A stretch of 64,000 bases of DNA from Planctomycetota bacterium (GTDB lineage Bacteria; Planctomycetota; UBA8108; SXIK01): the NCBI GenBank assembly GCA_965223845.1, contig CBDCXR010000004.1, forward strand, positions 3,392,001 through 3,456,000. The letters are read 5' to 3'. Positions 10,755-19,966 of the stretch are shown here, in pieces (within the stretch, counting starts at the first letter, position 1; each line of letters begins with the position of its first letter). The translations under genes were made by a program, and so were the position numbers. The notes below the pieces were generated by a model. That model did no database searches. It worked only from the letters and a program-made list of their open reading frames with translations, and had not been told where the DNA came from.

Positions 10755-12368
10755 ATGGCGGAGTACGACGACGACGTCTATCAGGACGAAGACGAATACG
10801 ACGAAGAGTACGACCGCCCGCAGTGGCTGCGAGAGACTCCCTACTGGGCGATCTCGGCGGTTCTCCATCTCATCCTGGTGCTGATCCTCGTCGCCATCGT
10901 CATCGAGGTGGAGCAGCCGAAGAAGGAGCAGGTCGCGATCCAGATGCGCGAGAAGCCAAAGCCGCCGGAATACGACCGGAGGCTGAAGCGCGACATCAAG
11001 AAGACGCCGAAGATCCTCCACGAGCGTCAGATCAAGGATCCGATCCAGCAAAAGAAGCCCGAAGAGATCACCCCGGATATCCCAAAGGGGACCGATCTCA
11101 ATAACCTGACGAACCTGCACCTCAACAACACGAGCGTGAACAGCGCGATCGGTGTCGGCGGCGGCGCGGCGGGCGCGTACGGCGAGCGCACTGGTAAGGG
11201 TTCGCTCATTCGCGAGGGCGGGAGCGAAGGCACCGAAGAGGCGGTGCGCGCAGCACTCGAGTGGCTTCGGCGGCATCAAAACGCCGACGGCAGCTGGAGC
11301 TCCTTCGACTTTACGAAGAACTGCAAGAAGATTTGCGCCAACAAGGACGCGAAGCGCTACGGCGACGGACGCGGCTTCGAAGACCACGACGTCGGCGTCA
11401 CTGCGCTCGCGGTCCTCGCCTTCACCGGGTACGGACACACCCACCGCTACGGCCTCTATCCCGAGTACGTCCAGGTCCTCAAGAAGGCCATGCGCTACCT
11501 GAAGCAGGTCCAGGTAAAGAGCAACGACCCCGAGACGAACGGCCGCTACGGGACTTACAAGGAAGATACCGAGCAGTGGATGTACGACCACGCCATCGCG
11601 ACGATGGCGATGGGCGAGCTCCTCGTCATGTCCGGCGACGTGATCGGACTCAAGAAGTCCGTCACCGACGCCGTGAAGCTCATCCTCCGCGCGCAGAACG
11701 ACGGCTTCGGCTGGCGCTACGAGCTGAAGAGCGGCGACAACGACACGTCCGTCACCGGCTGGATGGTTCTCGCACTCAAGACGGCGAAAAACGCTCGGCT
11801 CGATATTCCGAAGTCGGATTACGAGCGCGCGTTCGCCGGTGCGCTCACCTGGTTCAATCGCGCGACGGCGACGAACGGCAAGACCGGATACATGGTGCCC
11901 GGAGACGAGGGTTCGCGTCTCGCCGAAGGGTACGGCGAACCGTATCCCTACTCGAAGGACCTCTCCTGTATGACTGCAGTCGCCGTCCTCTGCCGCCTCT
12001 TCTCCGGCGAGACGCGGTCCGACCGCTCGATTCGCGACGGAGTCGGGATCCTCATGCGGCATCCGCCGAAGTGGCTCGAGCAGCGGGGAAGAGTCCTCTC
12101 GACGATCAACATTTACTACTGGTACTACGGCTCCTACGCCGTCTTCCAGTACGGCGGCAAGGAGTGGGAGACCTGGAACGAGCAGATGATCAAGACCCTC
12201 GTCGAGACGCAGCGGCAAGGAAACATCGATGAGGACGGGAGCTGGGATCCCATCGGAGAGTGGGGAATCGCCGGAGGGCGCGTCTACTCGACTGCGCTCG
12301 GCGCTATGACACTCGAAGTCTACTATCGCTTTCGGCGCGCGCAGGAGGGACCCGGCGGCGGGTTCTGA
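10755..12368 (+). CDS. Membrane-anchored prenyltransferase/squalene-hopene-cyclase-fold (alpha/alpha barrel) protein, copy 1
   Basis: AAGGAG RBS; TM ISAVLHLILVLIL; Pro/Lys linker; QW-like repeats WLRRHQNADGSW, RAQNDGFGWRY, EDGSWDP; DNDTSVTGW. Confidence 0.85.
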   Translation: MAEYDDDVYQDEDEYDEEYDRPQWLRETPYWAISAVLHLILVLILVAIVIEVEQPKKEQVAIQMREKPKPPEYDRRLKRDIKKTPKILHERQIKDPIQQKKPEEITPDIPKGTDLNNLTNLHLNNTSVNSAIGVGGGAAGAYGERTGKGSLIREGGSEGTEEAVRAALEWLRRHQNADGSWSSFDFTKNCKKICANKDAKRYGDGRGFEDHDVGVTALAVLAFTGYGHTHRYGLYPEYVQVLKKAMRYLKQVQVKSNDPETNGRYGTYKEDTEQWMYDHAIATMAMGELLVMSGDVIGLKKSVTDAVKLILRAQNDGFGWRYELKSGDNDTSVTGWMVLALKTAKNARLDIPKSDYERAFAGALTWFNRATATNGKTGYMVPGDEGSRLAEGYGEPYPYSKDLSCMTAVAVLCRLFSGETRSDRSIRDGVGILMRHPPKWLEQRGRVLSTINIYYWYYGSYAVFQYGGKEWETWNEQMIKTLVETQRQGNIDEDGSWDPIGEWGIAGGRVYSTALGAMTLEVYYRFRRAQEGPGGGF

Positions 12369-12598
12369 CGCGCACGCAGCGACTTCATCTCGATCGAAGC
12401 TGCGATCGCGGGCTCGTTTCCTGACGAAACCCTCGCTCGACGGCGCAGCACTCATCTGAGTCCGTTCTCGCGATCACGGATTCCTCGCGCTCGCGGTGTG
12501 CCCTGAGCGCTTCGGTCGATCGTTCGGACTCTCGTACCCAGACGGCCGCGCCCGCTCGCGACCGCCGCGACGTCACTCAGGACGGAAGGAGTCCCGCG

Positions 12599-14212
12599 AT
12601 GGCGAACCCGGACGAGATTCTCGCGCCCGATGATGATTACGCATACGAGTACTCACGGCCGCGCTGGCTGCTCGACACCCGCTACTGGGCGCTGTCGGCC
12701 GTCGTCCATCTCGCGCTCGTTCTTCTCCTCGTCGCGATCGTGCTCGAGGGGGAGTCGCCACCGAGGGAGGGCGTCACGCTACGAATGCGAGACAAGCCGG
12801 AGCCGCCCGACTACGAACGAAAGAAGAAACGCGACGTCAAATCGACGCCGAAAATCATCCACGAACGAACGGTCGAGCGCCCGATCCGCCAGATCAAGCC
12901 CGAAGAGATCACACCGGAGATTCCCCAGGGCACGGATCTCAACAATCTCGCCAATCTTCACCTCGCAAGATCGAGCGTGAGCACGGACATCGGTGTCGGC
13001 GGCGGCGGCGCCGGAATCTACGGCGACCGAGTCGGCCGCCCGGCCCCTCTCGAAGGAGGCAGCGAGGCCACCGAGCACGCCGTGCGCGCCGCTCTCGAGT
13101 GGCTCCGGCGCCATCAAAACGCCGACGGTAGCTGGAGCTCCTTCGACTTCACGAAGAACTGCAAAAAGATCTGCGCCAACAAGGACTCGGCGCGCTACGG
13201 CGATGGGCGCGGCTTCGAAGACCATGACGTCGGCGTCACCGGCCTCGCCATCCTCGCCTTCACCGGTTACGGACACACTCACCGCTACGGCCTCTATCCC
13301 GAGTACGTCGAGGTGCTCAAGAAGGCCATGCGCTACCTGAAAAGAGTTCAAGTAAAGAGTAGCGACCCTGAGACCCATGGGCGCTACGGCACGTACAAGG
13401 AAGATACCGAGGACTGGATGTACGACCACGCGATCGCCTCCATGGCGATGGGCGAGCTCCTCGTCATGTCCGGCGACGTCATCGGACTCAAGAAGTCCGT
13501 CACCGACGCCGCGAGATTCATCCTTCGCGCTCAGAACGACGGCTTCGGCTGGCGCTACGGCTTCAAGCGCGGCGACAGCGACACCTCGGTCACGGGCTGG
13601 GCGGTCCTCGCTCTCAAGACCGCGCGGAACGTGCGACCAAGACTCGACATCGCCGAGTCCGATTACGAACGCGCGTTCGCCGGTGCGCTCACTTGGTTCG
13701 ACCGCGCGACGGCGACGAATGGGAAGACGGGATACATGTCCCCGGGCGATCCGGGATCGCGTCTAACGGAGGGATACAGCGAGCCGTACCCCTACTCGAA
13801 GGATCTCTCTTGCATGACCGCCGTCGCCGTGCTCTGCCGGATCTTTTCCGGTGAGACGCGCGCGGATCACGCGATCCGCGACGGCGTCGGCATCCTCCTC
13901 CGCCATCCGCCGCGGTGGCTCGAACATCGCGGACGCGTCCTCTCCACCGTCAACCTGTACTACTGGTACTACGGTTCTTACGCCGTCTTCCAATACGGCG
14001 GCAAGGAGTGGGAGGCGTGGAACGAGCAGATGATCCGAGCCCTCGTCGAGAATCAGCGGCAGGGAAACATCGACGAGGACGGCAGCTGGGATCCCATCGG
14101 CGAGTGGGGAATCGCCGGAGGGCGCGTCTACTCGACCGCGCTCGGCGCGATGACACTCGAAGTGTACTACCGCTTCCGGCGCCTCGAATCGGGAACCGCC
14201 AACGGATTCTGA
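12599..14212 (+). CDS. Membrane-anchored prenyltransferase/squalene-hopene-cyclase-fold protein, copy 2 (tandem paralog)
   Basis: Same length (537 aa) and same motifs as copy 1; AAGGAG RBS. Confidence 0.85.
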   Translation: MANPDEILAPDDDYAYEYSRPRWLLDTRYWALSAVVHLALVLLLVAIVLEGESPPREGVTLRMRDKPEPPDYERKKKRDVKSTPKIIHERTVERPIRQIKPEEITPEIPQGTDLNNLANLHLARSSVSTDIGVGGGGAGIYGDRVGRPAPLEGGSEATEHAVRAALEWLRRHQNADGSWSSFDFTKNCKKICANKDSARYGDGRGFEDHDVGVTGLAILAFTGYGHTHRYGLYPEYVEVLKKAMRYLKRVQVKSSDPETHGRYGTYKEDTEDWMYDHAIASMAMGELLVMSGDVIGLKKSVTDAARFILRAQNDGFGWRYGFKRGDSDTSVTGWAVLALKTARNVRPRLDIAESDYERAFAGALTWFDRATATNGKTGYMSPGDPGSRLTEGYSEPYPYSKDLSCMTAVAVLCRIFSGETRADHAIRDGVGILLRHPPRWLEHRGRVLSTVNLYYWYYGSYAVFQYGGKEWEAWNEQMIRALVENQRQGNIDEDGSWDPIGEWGIAGGRVYSTALGAMTLEVYYRFRRLESGTANGF

Positions 14213-14228
14213 TGCTCCGCCGGGTCGG

Positions 14229-15182
14229 TCACTCCGAGCACCGCGCGACGTGCGCCGCGAGCACCCAGGTTCCGAGGATCGCGCTGCGCTCGAGCGTCGC
14301 CGCGGGGTAGCTCAGGTTGAGCGGCTGGAGTCGCACGGCCGCGCCCGATTCGAAGAACACCTGACGAAAGACCGCGCTCTCGTCGGCCACACGCACGAAC
14401 GCGAAATCTCGGCTCCGCAGCGTCGCGTCCGAGAACACCAGGAGATCGCCCTCCCGAAAGCTCTCGGCGGACGGCGACTCCATGCTGTCGTCGACCGCTC
14501 GGAGGGCGAACGCGGCCTCGTCTCCGAGATCGGGAAGGTAGAGGTAGTCGGCGACGTCTCCGATCGGGCGGCCGCCCGCATCGAACTGGGAGGGATATCC
14601 GGCATCCGTACGGAAGACCGGGATGCCTCGCCGCGCGATCGCCGCGTCCTCGCTCGGCGCAGCGAGCTTGAGCTCGCGATGGGTGACTTCCGAGAGCGCA
14701 CTGTTGAGACGCTCGACCTGGGCCTCGAGCGCACGGATCGCCTTCTGCTGCGCTTCGATGAGGACGCTCGGAGATAGCTTGAGCGTCTTCAGGATGCGAT
14801 CGAGAAGCTCGGGCGACGCCTCGCGCTTTCCGACTTCGATGCTTTGGATGACCGTTTTTGGCGCTCCGACCTTACCCGCGAGATCTTCCGCCGACACGTG
14901 TCGCCGACGCCGCTCCGAGCGGATGAGGCGTCCGATCGCCGCCGGCACGGGCGCAGGAATCTCCCCCGCCTCGGGCACGGCCGCAGACTCACCGAAGAAG
15001 TACGACGGCTCGACCCCGAGGGCGTCCGCGATCTTCCGGAGAACCTGCGTGTCGATCCGTCGCTGCCCTTTCTCTAGGCGCGAGATCTGAGACTGCGAGA
15101 CGCCAACCTTCTCCGCGAGCTCCTTCGCGGAAACCTGCAGTCGCTCGCGCAGAATGCGAATCTCGAGACCGATATCGAGCAC
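14229..15182 (-). CDS. XRE-family regulator with two HTH domains and a C-terminal S24 (LexA/CI-like) domain
   Basis: SAKELAEKVGVSQSQISRLEKG; second HTH SAEDLAGKVG...IEVGKR; AG site; DDSME...EGDLLV; LQPLNLSY; AAGGAGG RBS. Confidence 0.85.
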   Translation of the reverse strand: MLDIGLEIRILRERLQVSAKELAEKVGVSQSQISRLEKGQRRIDTQVLRKIADALGVEPSYFFGESAAVPEAGEIPAPVPAAIGRLIRSERRRRHVSAEDLAGKVGAPKTVIQSIEVGKREASPELLDRILKTLKLSPSVLIEAQQKAIRALEAQVERLNSALSEVTHRELKLAAPSEDAAIARRGIPVFRTDAGYPSQFDAGGRPIGDVADYLYLPDLGDEAAFALRAVDDSMESPSAESFREGDLLVFSDATLRSRDFAFVRVADESAVFRQVFFESGAAVRLQPLNLSYPAATLERSAILGTWVLAAHVARCSE

Positions 15183-15279
15183 CGCGGCCCTCCTTCGATT
15201 GCCGACGCGTCAAACTATCGACAAAAGCGTATCCTGTCGGTCGCAGATTGTCCGGAGGGAATCGGCCGCGGGACGTTCC

Positions 15280-16131
15280 CTAGGTCGGAGCGGCGTTCTC
15301 CGCCAGCTCGAGTCCGAGCAGGGCGACGAGCGACATGCAGTTGAAGAGGCCGTGGAAGACGACGGCCACCCAGAGGTTATCGGTTCTCGCGTAGAGGTAG
15401 CAGAGGAGGATGCCGAGGCCGCCGAGCGCGGCGATGAGCCCCGGCTCGAGGTGCACTCCCGCGAACACGAGGCTCGAAAGCGCGGCCGCCCGCCAGAACC
15501 CCCACCGCTTCTCGAACGCGCGGAAGAATATGCCCCGAAACACCAGCTCCTCCGTGATCGGGGCGAAGACGACGGCCCCGAGAAACGTGGCGCCGATCCA
15601 GACCCAATCGCCGTTTGCGACCGACTCGCGGAAGCTGGTGATCACCGCCTGCTCCGTCGTCGTACCGCCGGCGAGGGCGAACAACAATTGCCAGAACGCG
15701 GAGAACGGACCGATGAGAAAGTGCGCAACAAAGAAAAACGGAATGACGAGAAGGAGATCTCTCGGACTCGGTGCGCCGAATCCGAGCGGCTCGACGAGAC
15801 CCGCGGGCTGACCGGAGGACACGCGGACGACTCCTACCGCGAAGACCACCACGATCAGCGTCGTCGAGCCGAGCACGAAGGGGACCACGGCCGCGTCGCC
15901 GAGACCGAGGCCGGAAGCGAGAGCCGCGGCGAATGTTTGCGCGAAAAGCCAGCCGAGCACCATGAACATCACTTCGGCTCCCCCCCAACGGGCGGGATCG
16001 CGCGGACGCCGAGGCTCGAGGAACCGGCGATCGAGAGCTCGAAACGCGATCAGCGTGAGAGGAAAAACCAGCACGAACCAGCCGGCGACACGCGCGAGGT
16101 GCGCGATCTGAAGAAACTCGAAGGACGTCAA
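15280..16131 (-). CDS. CPBP/CAAX-family intramembrane metalloprotease
   Basis: APITEELVFRG, FAGVH, HGLFN motifs; multi-TM. Confidence 0.9.
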   Translation of the reverse strand: MTSFEFLQIAHLARVAGWFVLVFPLTLIAFRALDRRFLEPRRPRDPARWGGAEVMFMVLGWLFAQTFAAALASGLGLGDAAVVPFVLGSTTLIVVVFAVGVVRVSSGQPAGLVEPLGFGAPSPRDLLLVIPFFFVAHFLIGPFSAFWQLLFALAGGTTTEQAVITSFRESVANGDWVWIGATFLGAVVFAPITEELVFRGIFFRAFEKRWGFWRAAALSSLVFAGVHLEPGLIAALGGLGILLCYLYARTDNLWVAVVFHGLFNCMSLVALLGLELAENAAPT

Positions 16132-16153
16132 GGGCGCTCGCTCCCGTCGGTCC

Positions 16154-16963
16154 TCAACGCGTCACCGGGACGCCCTCTTCGGGGCTCGAGGCGGATCCGT
16201 AGAGCTTGCGGGGAATCCGACCCGCTCTCGCCGCGCGCCAGCCGGCTTCTACACCGTGACGCATCGCGTGCGCCATCTGCACGGGGTGCTCGGCGAGGGC
16301 GATCGCGGTGTTGAGAAGAATCGCGTCGACTCCTAGTTCCATCGCTGAACACACATCGGACGCCGTGCCGACGCCCGCGTCGACGATGATCGGCACTTTC
16401 AGTGTCTCGAGGATGATCCGAATGTTGTTCGGATTGAGCACGCCTTGCCCGGATCCGATCGGCGATCCGGCGGGCATCACGCTCGTCACGCCGACGTCTT
16501 CGAGACGCTTCGCGAGGATCGGATCGTCCGAGGTGTAGGCAAGGACCGTGAACGATTCGCCGACGAGCTGCTCCGCCGCACGCAGCGTATCGACTGGATC
16601 CGGCAGCAGGGTCTTCGGATCGCCGAGCACTTCGAGCTTGATGAGATCGGTGCCGAGAAGCTCGCGCGCCATCCGGGCGACGCGGACGGCATCGTCCGCG
16701 TCGTAGCACCCGGCGGTGTTGGGGAGAATCGTCATCCGTTCGCGGTCGATGAACTCGATGAGGTTCTTCGACGGATCGGAAAAGTCGACCCGGCGGATGG
16801 CGACAGTGACCATGGACGCCCCCGACGCCTCATGGCACGCGCGCATCTCCTCAAACGAACGGTATTTTCCCGTGCCTACGATCAGTCGCGAGATGAGCTC
16901 GTGCTCACCGAGCCGGAGCGGCTCGGGGGCCGGCGCAGCGAATTCCGGGGAGTTGTCGTTCAT
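16154..16963 (-). CDS. thiG: Thiazole synthase
   Basis: [41 protein letters not shown]. Confidence 0.97.
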   Translation of the reverse strand: MNDNSPEFAAPAPEPLRLGEHELISRLIVGTGKYRSFEEMRACHEASGASMVTVAIRRVDFSDPSKNLIEFIDRERMTILPNTAGCYDADDAVRVARMARELLGTDLIKLEVLGDPKTLLPDPVDTLRAAEQLVGESFTVLAYTSDDPILAKRLEDVGVTSVMPAGSPIGSGQGVLNPNNIRIILETLKVPIIVDAGVGTASDVCSAMELGVDAILLNTAIALAEHPVQMAHAMRHGVEAGWRAARAGRIPRKLYGSASSPEEGVPVTR

Positions 16964-17005
16964 GGTCTCTTTGGTTCCGTCGAGGACGCGTTCGCGCGCG
17001 AGCCA

Positions 17006-17209
17006 TCAACCACCGCCCACGAAAGTCACCACCTCGATGCGGTCCCCGTCCTCGACGAGACGCTCAGAGTGACTGGCTCGCGGAACGATCGTTTCGTTCA
17101 CTTCGACGGCGACGATCGCCGGGGAAACACCCAGCTCGCGGAGAAGATCGACGATAGTCGGTCTCTCCACGAACGTCCGCTCTTCACCGTTGAGGACTAC
17201 GCGGACCAT
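17006..17209 (-). CDS. thiS: Sulfur carrier protein ThiS
   Basis: VAVEVNETIVPR...GDRIEVVTFVGGG; directly upstream of thiG. Confidence 0.93.
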   Translation of the reverse strand: MVRVVLNGEERTFVERPTIVDLLRELGVSPAIVAVEVNETIVPRASHSERLVEDGDRIEVVTFVGGG

Positions 17210-17440
17210 CCGTCGACCGAGGGACTGGGGTGAACAGGAACAACGCGAAGGAGCGGCTCGCGCGAGCCTCCCCGCGAGAGCGACGATCGGTAGGATAGCG
17301 ACCGCGGACTGCGGCCGCAAGAAACGCCGGGGAGCGGGGTCCGAGTCTGCGCGGCACCGCTCTACGCCCGCCATCGCCGAGGGGGCATTCGGCACGCTCG
17401 GGCTGAGCGCCCGCCGGATTCGGCACAAGAAATCTGTGCG

Positions 17441-19966
17441 CTACTCGTAGTGAATCGCCGTCGTCACGGGAATTCGAGCGGCTCGGCGCGCCGGAATAAA
17501 CGCCGCGAGCAGCGAAATCCCGATGGTCAGAGCGAAGCAGCCCAGCAGGAACCAGGGCTGAATGCGAAACGGGAGATCGATCCCGTTCACGACTTCGTTG
17601 GCGAGATTCATCGCGTAGGAAAGAAGAATGCCGATCGCTGCGCCGGGAACGATACTCGTGAGAGCGAGTGCTCCAGCTTGCGTCAGCACCAAGGTGAGAA
17701 CTTGGCGACGCTTCATTCCGACTGCGCGCAGAAGTCCGAGCTCGCGAGTCTGTTCGAGCGTGTTCATCGAAATCGTGTTGACGACCCCCAGTGAGGCAAC
17801 GACGAACGACAGAATGATGAGCCCCCAGAGGAGTCCGGTGATCTCGTCGACGAGCTTATCCACGACCGCCTTGAAGTCGCCGCTCGTCTGAAACAGAAGC
17901 CCTCGTGCCTCACAGAACTCACGAAGAGAAGAGCTCGCCGCCTCCGCCTGCCCCGAGCGCGCGCTCACTCGGAACACGTGGACTCCGCTGAACTGAAGCA
18001 GGCGTTTCGCGGTGTCCCAATCGATGTAGGCGGCGAACCCGGCCGACGTGTACTCGGCGACGATTCCGACCACGGGGATGTCGCGCGGACCGTCTCGAGT
18101 CTCCAGCGAAAGGCGGCTCGACAGGTCGAGTCCCTGGTTTCGTGCGAGCGTAGTTCCGACGACGACGCCACCCGCGCTGAATCCTTCGGCGATCTGCTCC
18201 GGGTCGCCTTCGACGATCTCGATCGGAGGGGGTGAGTCGCGATCGAGACTCGTCGCGATCAGGGTCAGAAATCGATCTCCGCTGCGAGCGGGAACCCAAG
18301 TCACCTTGTCGACGCGACGAATACCGTCCAGCTCTCCGAGCTCGTTTCCCAGGCTCTCGGGCATGGGAGTCGGCAGCACGAGCGAGGTCGTCGGCCACGC
18401 CCCTCGAACAAAGAAATCGTCGCGCGCGATCGCAGCGATGTTCGAGCGAATGTGCTCGATACCTCCGACAAGCGAGGTTCCCATGGCGACTGCAACCGCC
18501 AGCGCGATGAAAAGGACGGAGACGGTGAGGTCGGTCCGCGCCGGATTTCCGTCGAGTTGTCGCAGCGCGAGTCGATTTACCGAGCCGAGGAGTCGGCGGA
18601 TCACAAGCGATACGAGCTTCAGCAGGGCCGGCGCGACGAGGGGAATGAGTAGCACGAATCCGACGAGACCGACGGCGAGGGCCGGACCGAGGATGCGTGG
18701 CAGCCACGCTCGATCGAACCACTCAAGAAGCATGCCGACTTCAGTGAAAAGCGGAAACATGAGCAAGCCGGTCGCGACGGCGAGAGTGGTCGGCTCGAGC
18801 CTTCGCGCGCCGCGCGAGCGTCGCTCGAAGATCCCCGCGAGAATGGTCTCTCGAGCCGCCCGGCGAGCCGGAACGAACGTCGCGAGGACCGACAGACTCG
18901 GTCCGAGAACGAGTCCGGTGATGATCGGCGAAAGTCTGAGCTCGAATCCCGAGCTCCCGGAGCCGAATCCTTCGTTCAGGCTCTGCGCCAATCCGAATGA
19001 AAGCGCGATCCCGAGCGGGACACCGACCGCCGAACCCACGAGACCCACGACGAGCGACTCGCGGACGAGCAGCGCCGAAAGCGCTCGAGGCCTCATGCCG
19101 AGCGCGCGAAAGATCGCCAACTGGCGTCGGCGCTCGCCGACATTCATGAGAAACGTATTGAGGATGATGAACGCCGCCGCGACGAGCGAGACGGCGCTGA
19201 GTGCGCCGAGACTCTGACGAACGCCTTCGAACGACGTCTGCGCCAGCGCGCCGCGCGTCGCCGGCGTGCGAACCGAGTAGCCCGTCGGAAGCTCTCGAGT
19301 CAATCGGGACCTGAGGCCGTCCGAGTCGAGCGGATCCCGTACTCTCAGATGAACGCTGTTGACACGCTCCTCAAGCGCGAAGAGTCGTTGTGCCTCGGCG
19401 AGCGTGGTGAAGGCAACGGCTCCGCCGTTAGCGTTCGCCGCACCCCGACTCTCCAAGATCCCGAGCAAGGGTACGGATTCGAATCCCGAAGTCGTCCAGA
19501 GATTGACGGTGCTGCCGACCGCCGCGCCGCGTCCTCCGAAGTTCTGCGCCGCAAGATTCTCGGGGACGACGATCCCGGGTCGGGAGAGTGTGGGGAGCTG
19601 ACCTCGGACCAGAACGACGGCGGTTTCCAGGCGGTCGTGACCGAGAACGAGGATCGGGACCGGCCCGCGGTCTCCCACGAGCGCCGCAGCGGATTGCACG
19701 ACGGGCCGGGCCTCGACCACTCCTTCCGCATTCGCGATCCGCTCCGCGATGCGGGGATCGAAACCACCGAGTCCTTCCGCGACGACCTCGAGTGCGGCAT
19801 CCCCCGTCGCGTCGGCGAACATCGATCCGAAGGCGGCCCGCGTGTTCTCCAGGCTGGTCGGAACGGCGACGACCGTCGCCACTCCGACCGTGATCCCGAG
19901 AAGCGTGAGCAGGCTGCGGCCGGGTCGCCGCCTCAGCTCCTTCAAACTGAGCGTAGAGAGCTTCAT
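17441..19966 (-). CDS. ABC transporter permease, FtsX/MacB-like with two repeats
   Basis: RSLLTLLGI, ERRRQLAIFRALG, EQTRELGLLRAVG, PARRAARI. Confidence 0.9.
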   Translation of the reverse strand: MKLSTLSLKELRRRPGRSLLTLLGITVGVATVVAVPTSLENTRAAFGSMFADATGDAALEVVAEGLGGFDPRIAERIANAEGVVEARPVVQSAAALVGDRGPVPILVLGHDRLETAVVLVRGQLPTLSRPGIVVPENLAAQNFGGRGAAVGSTVNLWTTSGFESVPLLGILESRGAANANGGAVAFTTLAEAQRLFALEERVNSVHLRVRDPLDSDGLRSRLTRELPTGYSVRTPATRGALAQTSFEGVRQSLGALSAVSLVAAAFIILNTFLMNVGERRRQLAIFRALGMRPRALSALLVRESLVVGLVGSAVGVPLGIALSFGLAQSLNEGFGSGSSGFELRLSPIITGLVLGPSLSVLATFVPARRAARETILAGIFERRSRGARRLEPTTLAVATGLLMFPLFTEVGMLLEWFDRAWLPRILGPALAVGLVGFVLLIPLVAPALLKLVSLVIRRLLGSVNRLALRQLDGNPARTDLTVSVLFIALAVAVAMGTSLVGGIEHIRSNIAAIARDDFFVRGAWPTTSLVLPTPMPESLGNELGELDGIRRVDKVTWVPARSGDRFLTLIATSLDRDSPPPIEIVEGDPEQIAEGFSAGGVVVGTTLARNQGLDLSSRLSLETRDGPRDIPVVGIVAEYTSAGFAAYIDWDTAKRLLQFSGVHVFRVSARSGQAEAASSSLREFCEARGLLFQTSGDFKAVVDKLVDEITGLLWGLIILSFVVASLGVVNTISMNTLEQTRELGLLRAVGMKRRQVLTLVLTQAGALALTSIVPGAAIGILLSYAMNLANEVVNGIDLPFRIQPWFLLGCFALTIGISLLAAFIPARRAARIPVTTAIHYE

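Noticed and set aside
10755-14212. Bona fide squalene-hopene cyclase (shc), or a DGR template/variable repeat pair
   Set aside because: Single barrel, no DxDD motif, TM anchor present; paralog differences are mostly synonymous rather than adenine-specific, and no reverse transcriptase is present.
14229-15182. Prophage repressor marking a prophage
   Set aside because: No integrase, structural or replication genes nearby; flanked by host genes.
17210-17440. TPP riboswitch upstream of thiS-thiG
   Set aside because: No CTGAGA or ACCTGAT motifs on the minus strand.
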